NCBI RefSeq assembly: GCF_004010195.1
Contig: NC_057752.1
Coordinates: 8,217,889 to 8,281,888, forward strand
Direction: 5' to 3'
DNA from: Chiloscyllium plagiosum
Taxonomy: Eukaryota
DNA: 64,000 nucleotides
Positions 25,789-37,582 of this stretch are shown here, piece after piece (the stretch's first letter is position 1; each line of letters starts with the position of its first letter). A program made the translations under genes and the position numbers. A model generated the notes under the pieces. That model saw nothing but the letters and a program-made list of their open reading frames with translations. It did no database searches and was not told the origin of the DNA.

Positions 25789-26179
25789 CATGATGTGGAG
25801 ATGCCGGTGTTGGACTTGGCTGGACAAAGTTAAAATTCACACGTCACCAGGTTATAGTCCAACAGGTTTATTTGAAAGTACAAGCATTTGGAGCGCTGCT
25901 CCTTCATCAGGCAGCTAGTGGGGCAGGTACATAGGACACAGAATTTATTAATAAAAGCTCAAAGTGTCATACGACTGATGCAATGCGATAGGATTTACAT
26001 ATTAATCAATAAAAACCTGCATCCCCATTCTAAGTGATTCAATACTTAACAGCCATCCAGGTTTGTCGAGTACATTGCATCAGTTGTATGACACTTTGAT
26101 CTTTTACTTATAAATTCTGTGTCCTATGTACCTGCTCCACTAGCTACCTGACAAAGGAGCAGCACTCCAAAACCTTGTA
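25789..26179. mobile_element. Second family of fold-back element with degenerate hammerhead motifs and 12-bp TSD
   Basis: TSD cattaagggaaa (25777..25788, 26180..26191); inverted arms 25878..25985 and 26073..26180; minus arm reads CTGATGA-a-ggagcagcgctcc-aaatgctt. Confidence 0.8.
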
Positions 26180-26830
26180 CATTAAGGGAAATGCAGACCA
26201 TCAGAATTGAGGGAGAGGTAAGGAGAGGGAAAGGGGACTAAATCAAGTTGGAGTTGGAAGGTGAGACAGCCAGTTTATTTCCCATTTCCAGTTTCTGTCA
26301 GCTGTGACTTTTAATTGATAAGTCAAAGACCTTTATAGGTGGGAACCAGTCACCTTGTGCCTCCTGTAAACAGGTGAAAGTATCTGGAGAAAAAAAGATG
26401 AAAAAGCAGTCTTCTGATCAGCACAAGATTCATCTCCACAAGCCTTATGCACAGGGATCACTGAACTGTCTTCCGATTGTTTGCCTCAGCCTATAACATT
26501 TATGTTTTTTGTGTGTGGGGGGCGTGGGGGAGGGATGTTAAAGGGGTTACAGTTTTAACTATGAGAGTTATATTTGGACAGTTCATTATTGCTTATCTGT
26601 ACTTAGAAGAATATTTATTTATTACAAATAAATAGTTATTTAAGTATGGAAACCTGGTCCTGCTTTCTGTCAACCTTTGTCTAAAAGACAGGTAAATTGG
26701 GGAATTCTGCGTACTTCTTAAAATCTTTAATTCTAGTGACAACGCCAGGACTAGTGAAGCTTGATTTCTGACATGCTACCCCAGTGAGATGTACCAGCTG
26801 TAAAATAAACCTGTACAGACTTTCAAGTAA

Positions 26831-27104
26831 ACGGCACGGTGGCACAGTAGTTAGCACTGCTGCCTAACAGCACCAGAGACTTGGGTTCAATTCCCACCTC
26901 AGGCGACTGACTGTGTGGAGTTTGCACATTCTCCCCGTGTCTGCGTGGGTTTCCTTCCACAGGCCAGGTGAATTGGCCATGCTAAATTGCCCGTAGTGTT
27001 AGGTGAAGGGGTAAATGTATGGGTGGGTTGTGTTTCGGCGGGTCAGTGTGGACTTGTTGGGTCGAAGGGCCTGTTTCCACACTGTAAGTAATCTAATCTA
27101 AATC
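26831..27104 (+). mobile_element. HE1-type V-SINE
   Basis: tRNA-like A/B boxes (ggtggcacagtagttagc, gggttcaattccc), V-domain gtgtggagtttgcacattctccccgtgtctgcgtgggtttcc, CR1-like tail. Confidence 0.85.
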
Positions 27105-27199
27105 CATGTGATTTTATCTGTTACTTACCAATAATACAAGAAACACGACATGATCAATGTTGATTTTTCTTAAGAAACAAAAGCAGTGATGCATGCTTG

Positions 27200-28640
27200 A
27201 AAACCACAGAAGGAAATCTTAGACAAGACTTGAAGCTGTGCCAAAGTCACATTTTTTTTCTGGGGTCCCGGTGTAAAAGTCATTACAGGGGATGTGAGCC
27301 TGTTGAGGCAGGGTTGGTTCAAAATTGGGCTGTAAAGATACTAACTGCAACAGCGAGACCAAAAATAATTGCATTTAGTCAATCCAACACTCTCAACTAT
27401 TGTGCCCAGACAGATTCTATGCCAAAGGTAACTTCAAAGATGATGCTGTATTGCACCTCTAAGAAGATACAATTCCATCAATCAACCCTACCAAAAATGC
27501 AGTATTCACATACAAGAAAAGCTCAAGCATGAGCTGGACATTATGGGACATAATGACATTATTTGGCTTGTACATCACACTGGTGCAGTTCTATTCAGTG
27601 TGTGCTTAAGAAAGATGGAACACTCAGGACATGTTTGGACCCAAGACATCTGAATCTCTTTCGAAAAGGAATGCACGCACAAAATTCCAATGCAAGATGA
27701 ATTGAATCGCAGGAGCTAAATTCTGCTCTGGTCTGGATACCCAACATGGATGTTGACTATTCAATTGGCCAAAAAATCTCAAAATCGCTACTTTCAGACA
27801 CCACGTGAAAGACATTGCTTCCAGAGACTACCTTTTGGCCCGTCATTCTAGATCAGTTCTAGCAGTGTATGGATTGAATTGCAGAAAATATTCCTGGATG
27901 TATAGGTATTACCAATTTATACTGTTGTGATGGTACAAACAAAAAAAAAACATTGCCAAAATCTGCATTCATTAATGACAGCAGATCGTGGTGAAGAATG
28001 TGTCTTCAACAGTAAAAGGTGTCAAGTAAATGCAGGTCAGATCAAACTTTTTGCCTTTATCTAGTTATGTAATGGGATCTGTCCTGACCCAGGCAAAGTC
28101 AAAGATATAGGACACACATTTCAAAGATGCTCTACAGGGATTTCTCAGATATTTACAAGTTCCTAGCTCAGAACATATAATACTTTTCCAATAAAGCATT
28201 GTCTTTAAGAGAACCCTTAAGGAAATACATACTATATGTATAACATATATGTATGACACTTTGATCTTTTATTTATAAATTCTGTGTCCTATGTCAATGC
28301 ATGCTTGAATCACTGTAAAACTGGCATTGTCAGTGGAAACCTGTATCCCACAGTGTTATGACGCAAGGATTAAGATAGTCCTGGAAGCCAATGTGTTTCA
28401 GAAGGAGCATGCATCCAAATATTTTAATCCAAAGATCTATCACAAGTACAATTCAACAATTCCAACATAGAGTATAAAATGCTTGTTCTATTATTTGGTG
28501 TCACAAGATTGCATGGGTATCTGTTTGCGAGAAACTTGTTTGGTACATCACTGTGGAAACTGATCTCAAACTATTGAAACTGATTTGGCGCAAACCACTT
28601 CAAGTACACCACCTGGATTACAACGACTCCTGTTAGGTAG
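27200..28640 (+). mobile_element. Decayed Ty3/Gypsy LTR retrotransposon pol relic (RT and RNase H)
   Basis: Frameshifted translations KKDGTLRTCLDPRHLN, AGAKFCSGLD, FQTPRERHCFQRLPFG, FGVTRLHGYLF, ITVETDLKLL..IWRKPL, PPGLQRLLL. Confidence 0.8.
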
Positions 28641-28907
28641 TGACAGAAATCAATGGTGCTCTGCCCCTGGTCCCTAACCTGGGCACAGTAACCCTGCCCT
28701 AACCTGAGTACAACAGGCCCCCTAGAGCCAAAAACAGAAGTTGCTGGAAAAGATCAGCAGATCTGGCAGTATCTGTGAAGAGAAATCAAAATTAACGTTT
28801 CTGGACTGGTGACCCTTCCTCTGAACATGGGCTTACTGTAACCAACAGAGATTATGTTTTGAAGGCAAGTTGGGATAACTCTGCCAAGCCCTTACCTGTC
28901 TAAGTTC

Positions 28908-30050
28908 TCATAGAACAAAGAATATTACAGTGCAGTACAGACCCTTCCGCCCTCGATGTTGCACCAATCTTTGGAACCAATCTGAAGCCCATCTATCCTA
29001 CACTATTCTATTTTCATCTATATGTTTATCCAATGAGCATTTAAATGCCCTTAAAGTTGGCGAGTCTACTACTGTTACAGGCAGTGCGTTCCAAGCTCCT
29101 ACCACTCTCTGAGTAAAGAAACTAGCTCTGATATCTATCCTAGATCTATCACCCCTCAATTTAAAGCCATATCCCCTCCTGCCAGCCAACACCATCCGAG
29201 GAAATGGGTCTCACTATCCACCCTATCTAACCCTCTGGTTATCTTATTTTTGTCAATTAAGTCATCTCTCAACCTCCTTCTCTCTCACGAAAACAGCCTC
29301 AAGTCCCTCAGCCTTTCCTCACAAGACCTTCCCTCCATACCAGGCAATACTCTAGTAATTCTCCTCTGAACCTTTTCCAAAGCTTCCACATCCTTCCTAT
29401 AATGCGGTTACCCTCATCCAACTGTTTGGTCATCATCTCAAAGAACTCAATAAGGTTTGTGAGGCACATCCTACCCTTCACAAAACCATGTTGACGATCC
29501 CTAATCAACTTATTCCTATCTAGATGATTACAAATCTTATCTCTTATAACCTTTTCCAACACTTTACCCACAACCGAAGTAAGGCTCACTGGTCTATAAT
29601 TACCAGGATTGTCCATACTCCCCTTCTTGAAAAAGGGGTCAACATTTGCTATCCTCCAGTCTTCTGACACTATTCCTGTGGACAATGATGACATAAAGAT
29701 CAAAGCCTAAGACTTTGCAATCCCCACCCCCAGCTTTCAAGGGAATCCTAGGATAAATCTCATCCGGCCCAGGGGACTTATCTATTTTCACAATTTCCAT
29801 AATTGTTAACACCTCCTCCTTGCGAATGTCAATCCTGTCTAGTCTAGTAACCTGTATCTCAGTATTCTCCTCAACAACATTGTCATTTTCCAATGTGAAA
29901 ACTGACAGAAAATATTCATTTAGCGCTTCCTCATCTCATCAGACTCCATGCACAACTTCCCACTACTATCCTTGATTGTCCCTTTCGCTAGTCATTCTTT
30001 TATTCCTAATATACCTATAGAAAGCTTTAGGGTATTTCTTGATCCTACCT
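28908..30050 (-). mobile_element. CR1 LINE with internal deletion (same subfamily as 1650..3408)
   Basis: ORFs 29639..29893 (KSPGPDEI), 29308..29703 (NYRPVSLTS) and 28998..29195; RT core missing at the junction near 29407. Confidence 0.88.
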
Positions 30051-30079
30051 CAGTTACAGGACAAACACCTTGAAAATCA

Positions 30080-31780
30080 AGAAAGGCTTTGTGCGTGGGC
30101 AATTGTGTCTTACTAAATTAATTGGATTTTTAAAAGAAGTGATTGGTATGTGTATGGAATGAGCTGCCAGAAGAAGTGGTGGAGGCTGGTACAATTGCAA
30201 CATTTAAAATACATTTGGATGGGTATACGAATAGGAAGGGTTTGGAGGGATATGGGCCGGGTGCTGGCAGGTGGGACTAGATTGAGTTGGGGTATCTGAT
30301 CGGTATGGACGGGTTGGACCGAAGGATCTGTTTCCATGCTGTACATCTCTAAGACTATGACTCTATGGTGAAGAGGATTAATGAAGGCAGAGCAGTGAAC
30401 ATTGTCTATGCAGACTTCATTAAGGCGTTCGACAAGGTTCACATGGTAGATTGGTTGACAAGAGCTGAAAATGTGTTGCTGGAAAAGCGCAGCAGGTCAG
30501 GCAGCATCCAAGGAACAGGAGAATCGACGTTTCGGGCATAAGCCCTTCAGGTTAGATCATGTCAAATACAGGGATAACGAGCCATTTGGATACAAAATTG
30601 GCTCAAAGGTAGGAGACAGAGGGTTTTGGTAGAGGGTTGTTTTTCGGACCGGAGGCCTGTGACCAGTAGTTTGCCACAAGGACCAGTGCTGGGTCCACGG
30701 CTTTTGTCATTTATATAAATGATTTGGATGTAGATACAAGAGATATGTTTAGTAAGTTTGCAGATGACACCAGAATTGGTGGTGAATGGACAGGTAAAAA
30801 CAATGACTGCAGATGCTAGAAATCAGATTCTGTATGAGAGTGGTGCTGGAAAAGCACAGCAGTTCAGACAGCATCCAAGGAGCAGTAAAATCAATATATC
30901 GGGCAAAAGCCCTTCATCAGGAATACCTGTGTAATGGACAGTGAAGAAGCTACCTCAGAGTACAACGGGACCGTGATCACATGGGCCGAGGAGTGGCAGG
31001 TAGAGTTTAATCTAGGTAAATGTGAGGTGTTACATTTTGGTAGGGCAAATCAGGGCAGGACTTATACACTTAATGGTAAGGTCCTTGGGAGTTTTGCCAA
31101 ACGAAAAGACCTTGGAGTGCAGGATCATAGTTTCTCGAAAGTGGTAGACAGAGTAGTGAAGAAAGCGTTTGGTGTGCTTGCCTTTATTGGTCAGTGCATT
31201 GAGTTTGGGAGCTGGGAGGTCATGTTGCAGCTGTATAAATCATTGGTATGGCCACTTTTGGAATACTGCGTTCAATTCTGGTCTCCCTACTGTTGGAAGG
31301 ATGTTGTGAAACTTGAAAGGGTTCAGAAAAGATTTACAAGGATGTTGCCAGGGTTGGAGGGTTTGAGCTATAGGGAGAGGGTGAATAGGCTGGAGCTATT
31401 TTCCCTGGTCTGTTGGTGGCTGAGGGGTGACCTTATCAAGGTTTATAAAATCTTGAGAGGCATGAATCAGGTGAGTAGCCAAGGTCTTTTCCCCAGGGTA
31501 GGGGATTCTAAAACTAGATGTCATGGGGTTAAGGTGAGAGGGGAAAGATTTAAAAGGGACCTTAGAAGCAACATTTTCATGTGGTGTGTGTATGGAATGA
31601 ACTGCCAGAGGAAGTGATGGAGGCTGGTATAATTACAGCATTTCAAAGGCATCTGGATGGGTATACGAATAGGAAGGGTTTTGAGGGATATGGGCCAAAT
31701 GGGACTAGATTAATTTAGGATATCTAGTTGCATGAACGAGTTGGACTGAAAGGCCGGTTTCTGGCCTAAATATCTCGATG
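30080..31780 (+). mobile_element. CR1 LINE RT and 3' end with nested insertions (CR1 tail ~30145..30365; short hammerhead-family elements ~30462..30548 and 30794..30932)
   Basis: KFADDT and ORF 30934..31617; insert 30794..30932 flanked by aatggacag (30785..30793, 30933..30941). Confidence 0.85.
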
Positions 31781-33484
31781 AATCTATGAAGAATGAAGAT
31801 AGTGCATGATTGACATGCAGATGTGGTACTGTTGAATTTATACATAGGATAGAAGGTCAGAATCATAAATACTACACAGGAACAGAGAAAGCCAAAATAT
31901 GCAGTGAGCCTAAATGCTACAAAGTCACTACACCAAATAAAGCAACATTGAGGGGAAACAAAAGCCAACTCAGGGAACTGTAAAATACACCAATTGTGCA
32001 AAACATACATGCAGAAATCAACCTGGAAATGAAGGTGTGAATGGTCATCAGGACAACAAACAGTGCACTAAATACACACGTGACTTGAACACACCGACAA
32101 GTCAAGAACACCTAAGTGCGAATCCAAATCTCCAGAAGGTTATACCATCATAAGATTTGGAAGGATTGTCAAGCCACCAAATATGTCATTTAGACTCTTA
32201 ACTTTTTTCAATTACTGTTTCTATTTTAATACATTTGCGGCTACCCTAATGTAGATGTACTTTCACTCTGTGAGTAATTTTTATCTTGGGTGGGGGGGGT
32301 GGGTTTAAAAAGTAATGTGTGATTTTTGCTTCAAGACCTGATTTGTTTTAAAGAGCTGGATGTGCTCATGTGCCAAGGACTAGAATAAAATTACATGATT
32401 AACTGTTGCCCAGCCAAAAGCAAACTAGAATCAGAATCCATACAATTATCTACAACTGCAGTTACAGTAGTCTTATTGAGATTTTCAAGTAAATGGAATC
32501 CATGTGACTTAATCTGCATTGTAGATTAATAATACAACAGCTTCAATCACCACCCTCAACACCCCTTCTCCTTCCAACACAGTATCTTGTGCAAATGCAA
32601 GAGATACAAAACTTACCCTTCTCATTGTCCAAGCCTCCTTGCAATCCATCAAAATACCAATTTACGCACTGTATATGTTTTTTTTCTGTTTAGTACTCTG
32701 TATTTTCCTTTCTTACTCTCTACTGGGGAGACCAAACCTAGATTGGGTGACTGCTTTGTGGAATATATCCATTCAGGCCAGAAGCATGACCTCAGATTCC
32801 AGATTGCCTGTAATTTTCATTCTCCACTGTTCTTCCAGTTTGAACTCTGTCCTTAGCCTCCGACAGTGATCCAATGAAGGTGAATGTAAGCTCGAGGAAC
32901 AACATGCATCTTTTGATTGGGTACTTTGCAGCCTTTCGGTGTTCAAAAATTTTAACTCATAACTACTGTTTTCATTTTTCTCCAATGTAATTGGGGATTA
33001 TTCGACTTTCCTATTCACACCTACTGTAAGTCCATCATTTGTTTCCTTACACGCATTTCATTTTTACTTGCACCATCATCCTTTTTTGTCGTTTTTTTGT
33101 CGTTTACTCCCGCCTTCCACCTTTCACAGGCTTTTCCTTTTGTGTAAGCCCCCTCCCACTTTTCTTGTCTCTGTACAGGTACTTGTTATTTGCTTAAAAC
33201 CTGTTACTTCTGAATTCTTCCCCAGTTAAAGGTCACTAACCTGAAACGCTTCTCTCTGATTTTTTTTCGTTTCTCAAAAGATGGTGCAAGACTTGCTGAG
33301 TATTTCCTTGTATTGTTTCAGGTTTTCAAATTATTAACATCTATGCTGTTGGGGACTGTTCAATGTTATAGATATTAGAAAATTTATGGGCGAGGGAATT
33401 CAGGTTAAATTTTGAATGTAAAATAGTAACCGAGCTGACTGAAAGGAATTCAGGTTACGAATCGCAACTCATTGGCGTTAAGCC

Positions 33485-33563
33485 GCTCTTGTCTGGGAGG
33501 AGCTTTTTTTTGATACTCGTTGTGTTTGGAGGAGTGAAGGAGTGAAAGAGCTGAACCGTGTAT
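33485..33563 (+). other. Putative non-coding first exon of ZC3H10 (5' boundary uncertain; donor at 33560 GTATGT or 33564 GTAAAT)
   Basis: CpG-enriched context, reverse CCAAT (attgg) at 33471, homology to the minus-strand block 21157..21242. Confidence 0.7.
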
Positions 33564-34120
33564 GTAAATACATTCCTTTTTTTTTTGTCTGTTTTGTATC
33601 CGTTTTGATTTTTACTCTTGATTATTCCGACAATTTAAATATTCAGAATGAAGGTTTAATTTAGTTTTCGTGTGTACGCCGTTGTTTCATGTAGCACAAA
33701 GTTAAGGCCTAGAAATCCCGTAACAGCCTTCGAATCTCTCGACTAGCTTGTGACTGATATACGGTGTAATGTACAGTAAAATGATCGTTAAATCAGAATT
33801 TTACGAGCATTGTTTTTGAAATTTCATAGATCATTCATCCATTTGCAGCACTAAGGAATCAATATTTACTTCTGATGAAACTTGAATAGACTCTTGTTTT
33901 CTGCCGAAATGCTTCTTTCGCGTACAAAGTGGACAAGTAAGAGGTTGAAAGAACACAGCAAGCCAGGTAGTATGTACTCCACCTCCTGATGCTGTCTGGC
34001 TTGCTGTGTTCTTCCATCTCCTGCTTGTCTACTTTGGATTCCAGCGTTTGCAGTTTTTTTTTGTCGTTTTTTGAGTACAAAAGCTTATACTTCTAAATTG
34101 CCTTGAGCATAACAAAATGG

Positions 34121-34251
34121 GAGAAAGTGAGGTCTGCAGATGCTGGAGATCAAAGTTGAAACTTTATTGCTGGAACAGCACAGCAGGTCAGGCAGCATCC
34201 AGGGAACAGGAGATTCGACGTTTCGGGCACAGGCCCTTCTTCAGGAAGGCC
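34121..34251 (-). mobile_element. 131-bp element with an intact minimal hammerhead motif and 8-bp TSD
   Basis: TSD caaaatgg (34113..34120, 34252..34259). Confidence 0.85.
34214..34247 (-). ncRNA. Candidate minimal type I hammerhead ribozyme
   Basis: Minus strand UUC-CUGAAGA-A-GGGC(CUGU)GCCC-GAAA-CG-UC-GAA: full core, 3-bp stem I, 4-bp stem II, palindromic ACGU in place of stem III. Confidence 0.65.
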
Positions 34252-34735
34252 CAAAATGGCCCAAGGGATTTCATGGGGAGGAGATGGAGCCCTCAGCGGA
34301 GTTAAGGCTACTTGAAGAATATTTTGAGGGCAGAGAACGATGTAGCAAGGTGGAGGCACTTTAGGAATTCAAGAATACTTGTCAGCTGAAGACCCATTGC
34401 AAAGGTTGCAGCGGATGTGATGTACATGTAGTTCAGGTTTAAAAATTGTAAAGTGAATTGTAAAGTAAAATTGGAAACCTAGAAATAGAGAAAATTTTAG
34501 AATTAAGCTGGCAGTTAGGCTATGGAGAGATTTGTAGATGAGAATTTTTGAAATTGACGTACCATGATTAGCCAACAGAAATATATGAAGCCTGAGGTGA
34601 ATGGGGCAAGTTAGAGTTTCATGCTGGTTTGAATGCGATGGAATTGTGAGGCATGTGCAGATTGTATTGAAGTCAAGCCTGGAAGTGATAAACACGAGGG
34701 GAGTTCAGCTTTTTGCAGCGAAAGCAATATGAAGT

Positions 34736-35023
34736 TTGATTAGATTCTATACAATGTGGAAACTGGCCATTCGGCCCAACAAGTCCACACCAACCCTTCA
34801 AACAGCAACCCACCCAGACCCATCTCCCTCTGACTAATGCACCTAACACAATGGGCAATTTAGCATGGCCAATTCGCCTGACCTGCACATGTTTGGATTG
34901 TGGGAGAAAACCCACACAAACATGGGGAGGATGTGCAAACTCCACAAGGACAGTCGCCTGAGGCGAGAATTGAACCTAGGTCCCTGTTGCTGTGAGGCTG
35001 CAGTGCTAACCACTGAGCCACCC
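34736..35023 (-). mobile_element. HE1-type V-SINE
   Basis: Minus strand ggtggctcagtggttagcactgc...ggttcaattc...ggagtttgcacatcctcccc, with CR1-like tail. Confidence 0.85.
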
Positions 35024-37582
35024 TAAGGAGTTTGTAACTCTTTATAGTTCAATAGGGTAGTTAGATTACAGCGTTGGCTTCAGTCTGTGTAGTAAAATGC
35101 AGTTTAGGGTGTGGAATTTCAGATGGAAATTGAACAGAGTGCCATTAGTCTTGATAGTGTTTGGTTTATCCACAATTTAATATCCAGCAAGCTGTTTCAT
35201 AAAGCAGAGTTGAAAGTATAAAGTTCCCTATCATCATTCTAGAAAAGTTGACCCCGTGCTTCATGAATTTGTTATTTTTAAAGTATTATATTTTAGAGTA
35301 TAGTACTCAAAATACTGTATAACTCTGAAAATTGTCTTGATGGAAGACCCTGATGTTACTTCAACAATGTTAAATGAAGCAAATCAGCTTTCCAGAATTT
35401 GATGGTGACCTGGAAAAGCAAGAAAAGTAGTGAGAAGGAAACTGATCCTGAATATTGGTTTCTGAGATGCTATTATACAATTTTGAAAATGTGCTTAAGC
35501 ATAGAGGTTACAAATCCTTTTGTATAGCTGAGCTATCTGACATGTACTAATTGATGTCACTAGTGGAATTGCCCCAGTACGAATTAGAGTTAAAAGGCAA
35601 GCTCAGTCCCCAATTAACATCCTGAAATTGATAAATGAAAAATTCATAACAATAGTGTAACAAGTTTTTTGCAAACTATATTTTCTTTCCCAGTCTTATA
35701 CTAATTCTTTCCTGAAAATAGTGGTTCACCTGGATGCACCTCCTCAGCTGCCACGAAATCGCCAGTGTCTCACCCAAGTAGATAGTCCACATTTGTGAGC
35801 CTGACCAGTGAGTTCCAGAAGGTTATTTAATCATGAGGATCATTGCAGCCTACCTGATCCTCTTTGTATCTAGTGTCCATATAGGTATATTTCAATCTAT
35901 TAATTGAATCAGCTACACATTGTCATCACTCTGGTGCCTGTGATAATATCAGCCTTTTTGCAAACCTGGATCATGTGTGGCTGGTCTGTTATTCATGATA
36001 TTCTGGGTAGCTTGTGTACCTGATAGCAGGAATCACTTTGCCATGACTGCTGAGGATGGAAATGTTTTATATTTTTTTCACTGTCTTCCGCTCCTTGCTC
36101 CTAAACTAGTGGATTAATGTTTGCTTGGATGTCCGCAATCCAAATATTTCTGAATTTAAGCACTTTAGCAATAAATTTAAGCATCTGGGTCTCCGCTGAT
36201 GCTCTGATGTAACTGTTTGCTAAGCGGTATGTGACAGTGGTTTGCTTTCCACTTTTTATGCTCCGTCCCACTCTGAGGAATATTCTGACTTTTTGTTTGA
36301 TGATGTGACTGAGTTCAGAAAACTGAACATTTTGATCAGTTACGGGAGTGAGCCTGCATTCTACTACTCCATAGCACAATACATTACCATACATGGTTCG
36401 TGAACCAATTTGTAGTTCATTGCATTCACTTTCTGAGGTCATTGAGTACTATCCTTACTACTGTAATTAGGATACAGCTAGCTCAGCACAGACCAAGGAC
36501 CACATTCAAATTTTTGCTGATCTGTATGACGTTGGTTTAAAATTCTTGAACATTGGACAAGCCCTAAGTCTTTCCAATAATTCTGCTTTTTCTCAAATTC
36601 CACATCAGTTTATTCTGGTGTGATATGTATTTGCTTTATATGGCATCTTACAATTATGCCTCCCTACAGTAATTAACTATCAGATTACTTAGCAGATGCA
36701 TAAAATACAAAATAAAAGTTAAAGGTGCTGTATCCTTGATTTTAAAAAAAAGAAACCTCTTGGTACTTAGTTGTTCAGCATAGTGTTACTGCCAATTTAT
36801 GATATTTTATTGGTGGCAATGTGGAAGATGAGCAGCTAGGCAAAGGCTGCAAACTGGTTACCCTACCACCTTTTGAATGTGTGGCTGGTCTGCTGTTCAT
36901 GGTATTCTGGGTAGGAGCTATCTGAATGAATATGATTAACTTTTTTTAAAATTACGGTATTGTAAGGTACATTTGCTTCTAGGATTTTTGTCTCTTTTTA
37001 TAGTAAAGTACATCTGTCCTAAATTTAGTTAGGTTATGCAAATTGCAGGGTGGTTATATATATATTAATATCCCTTGCTTATGATGCAGTTTTATTTTAA
37101 AAAGTTACTTTCTACGCTTTCATTGATTACAAATCTCGCAGCTTGCTGTTTAACTATAGATTGAGCAGAAAGCATCAAACATCAGTACAAATTTGTTTTT
37201 TTCACTTTCTGTCTTTTTCCATGTTGTTTTAATAACTGTCTGCCAGTCGTTGGATTGAATGTACAGCCTTACATATCTGGCATCACACCAGTACTGAATC
37301 TCCTATAGCTTTGTGTGGTAGTTAAAAAATCTCTATGGCTTGATGAAGAATACCACTTAATTATGAAGTAGCAGAGTGAGACTGCTAGTCCTCACCTGTT
37401 GTTCAAATGTTTGATTCACCTTCCATTTCCAAGGTACTCTGAGGTAGGCTGGACACCTTTCAGGGCCAAATGTGGCAACCATTGCATCTTCGATGAGTTT
37501 GTGTGATATATAGCAAGTGATGATTTTATCAGGTTATGCATTAGTTTAGATGCATCATATCTTGGTGTTAAGCTTACATGGT

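Noticed and set aside
26831..26900. tRNA-like sequence
   Set aside because: Head of a V-SINE, not a tRNA gene
35973..36914. 38-bp direct repeat with 3 mismatches (35973..36010, 36877..36914)
   Set aside because: Only two copies, probably remnants of an old interspersed repeat; no evidence of function
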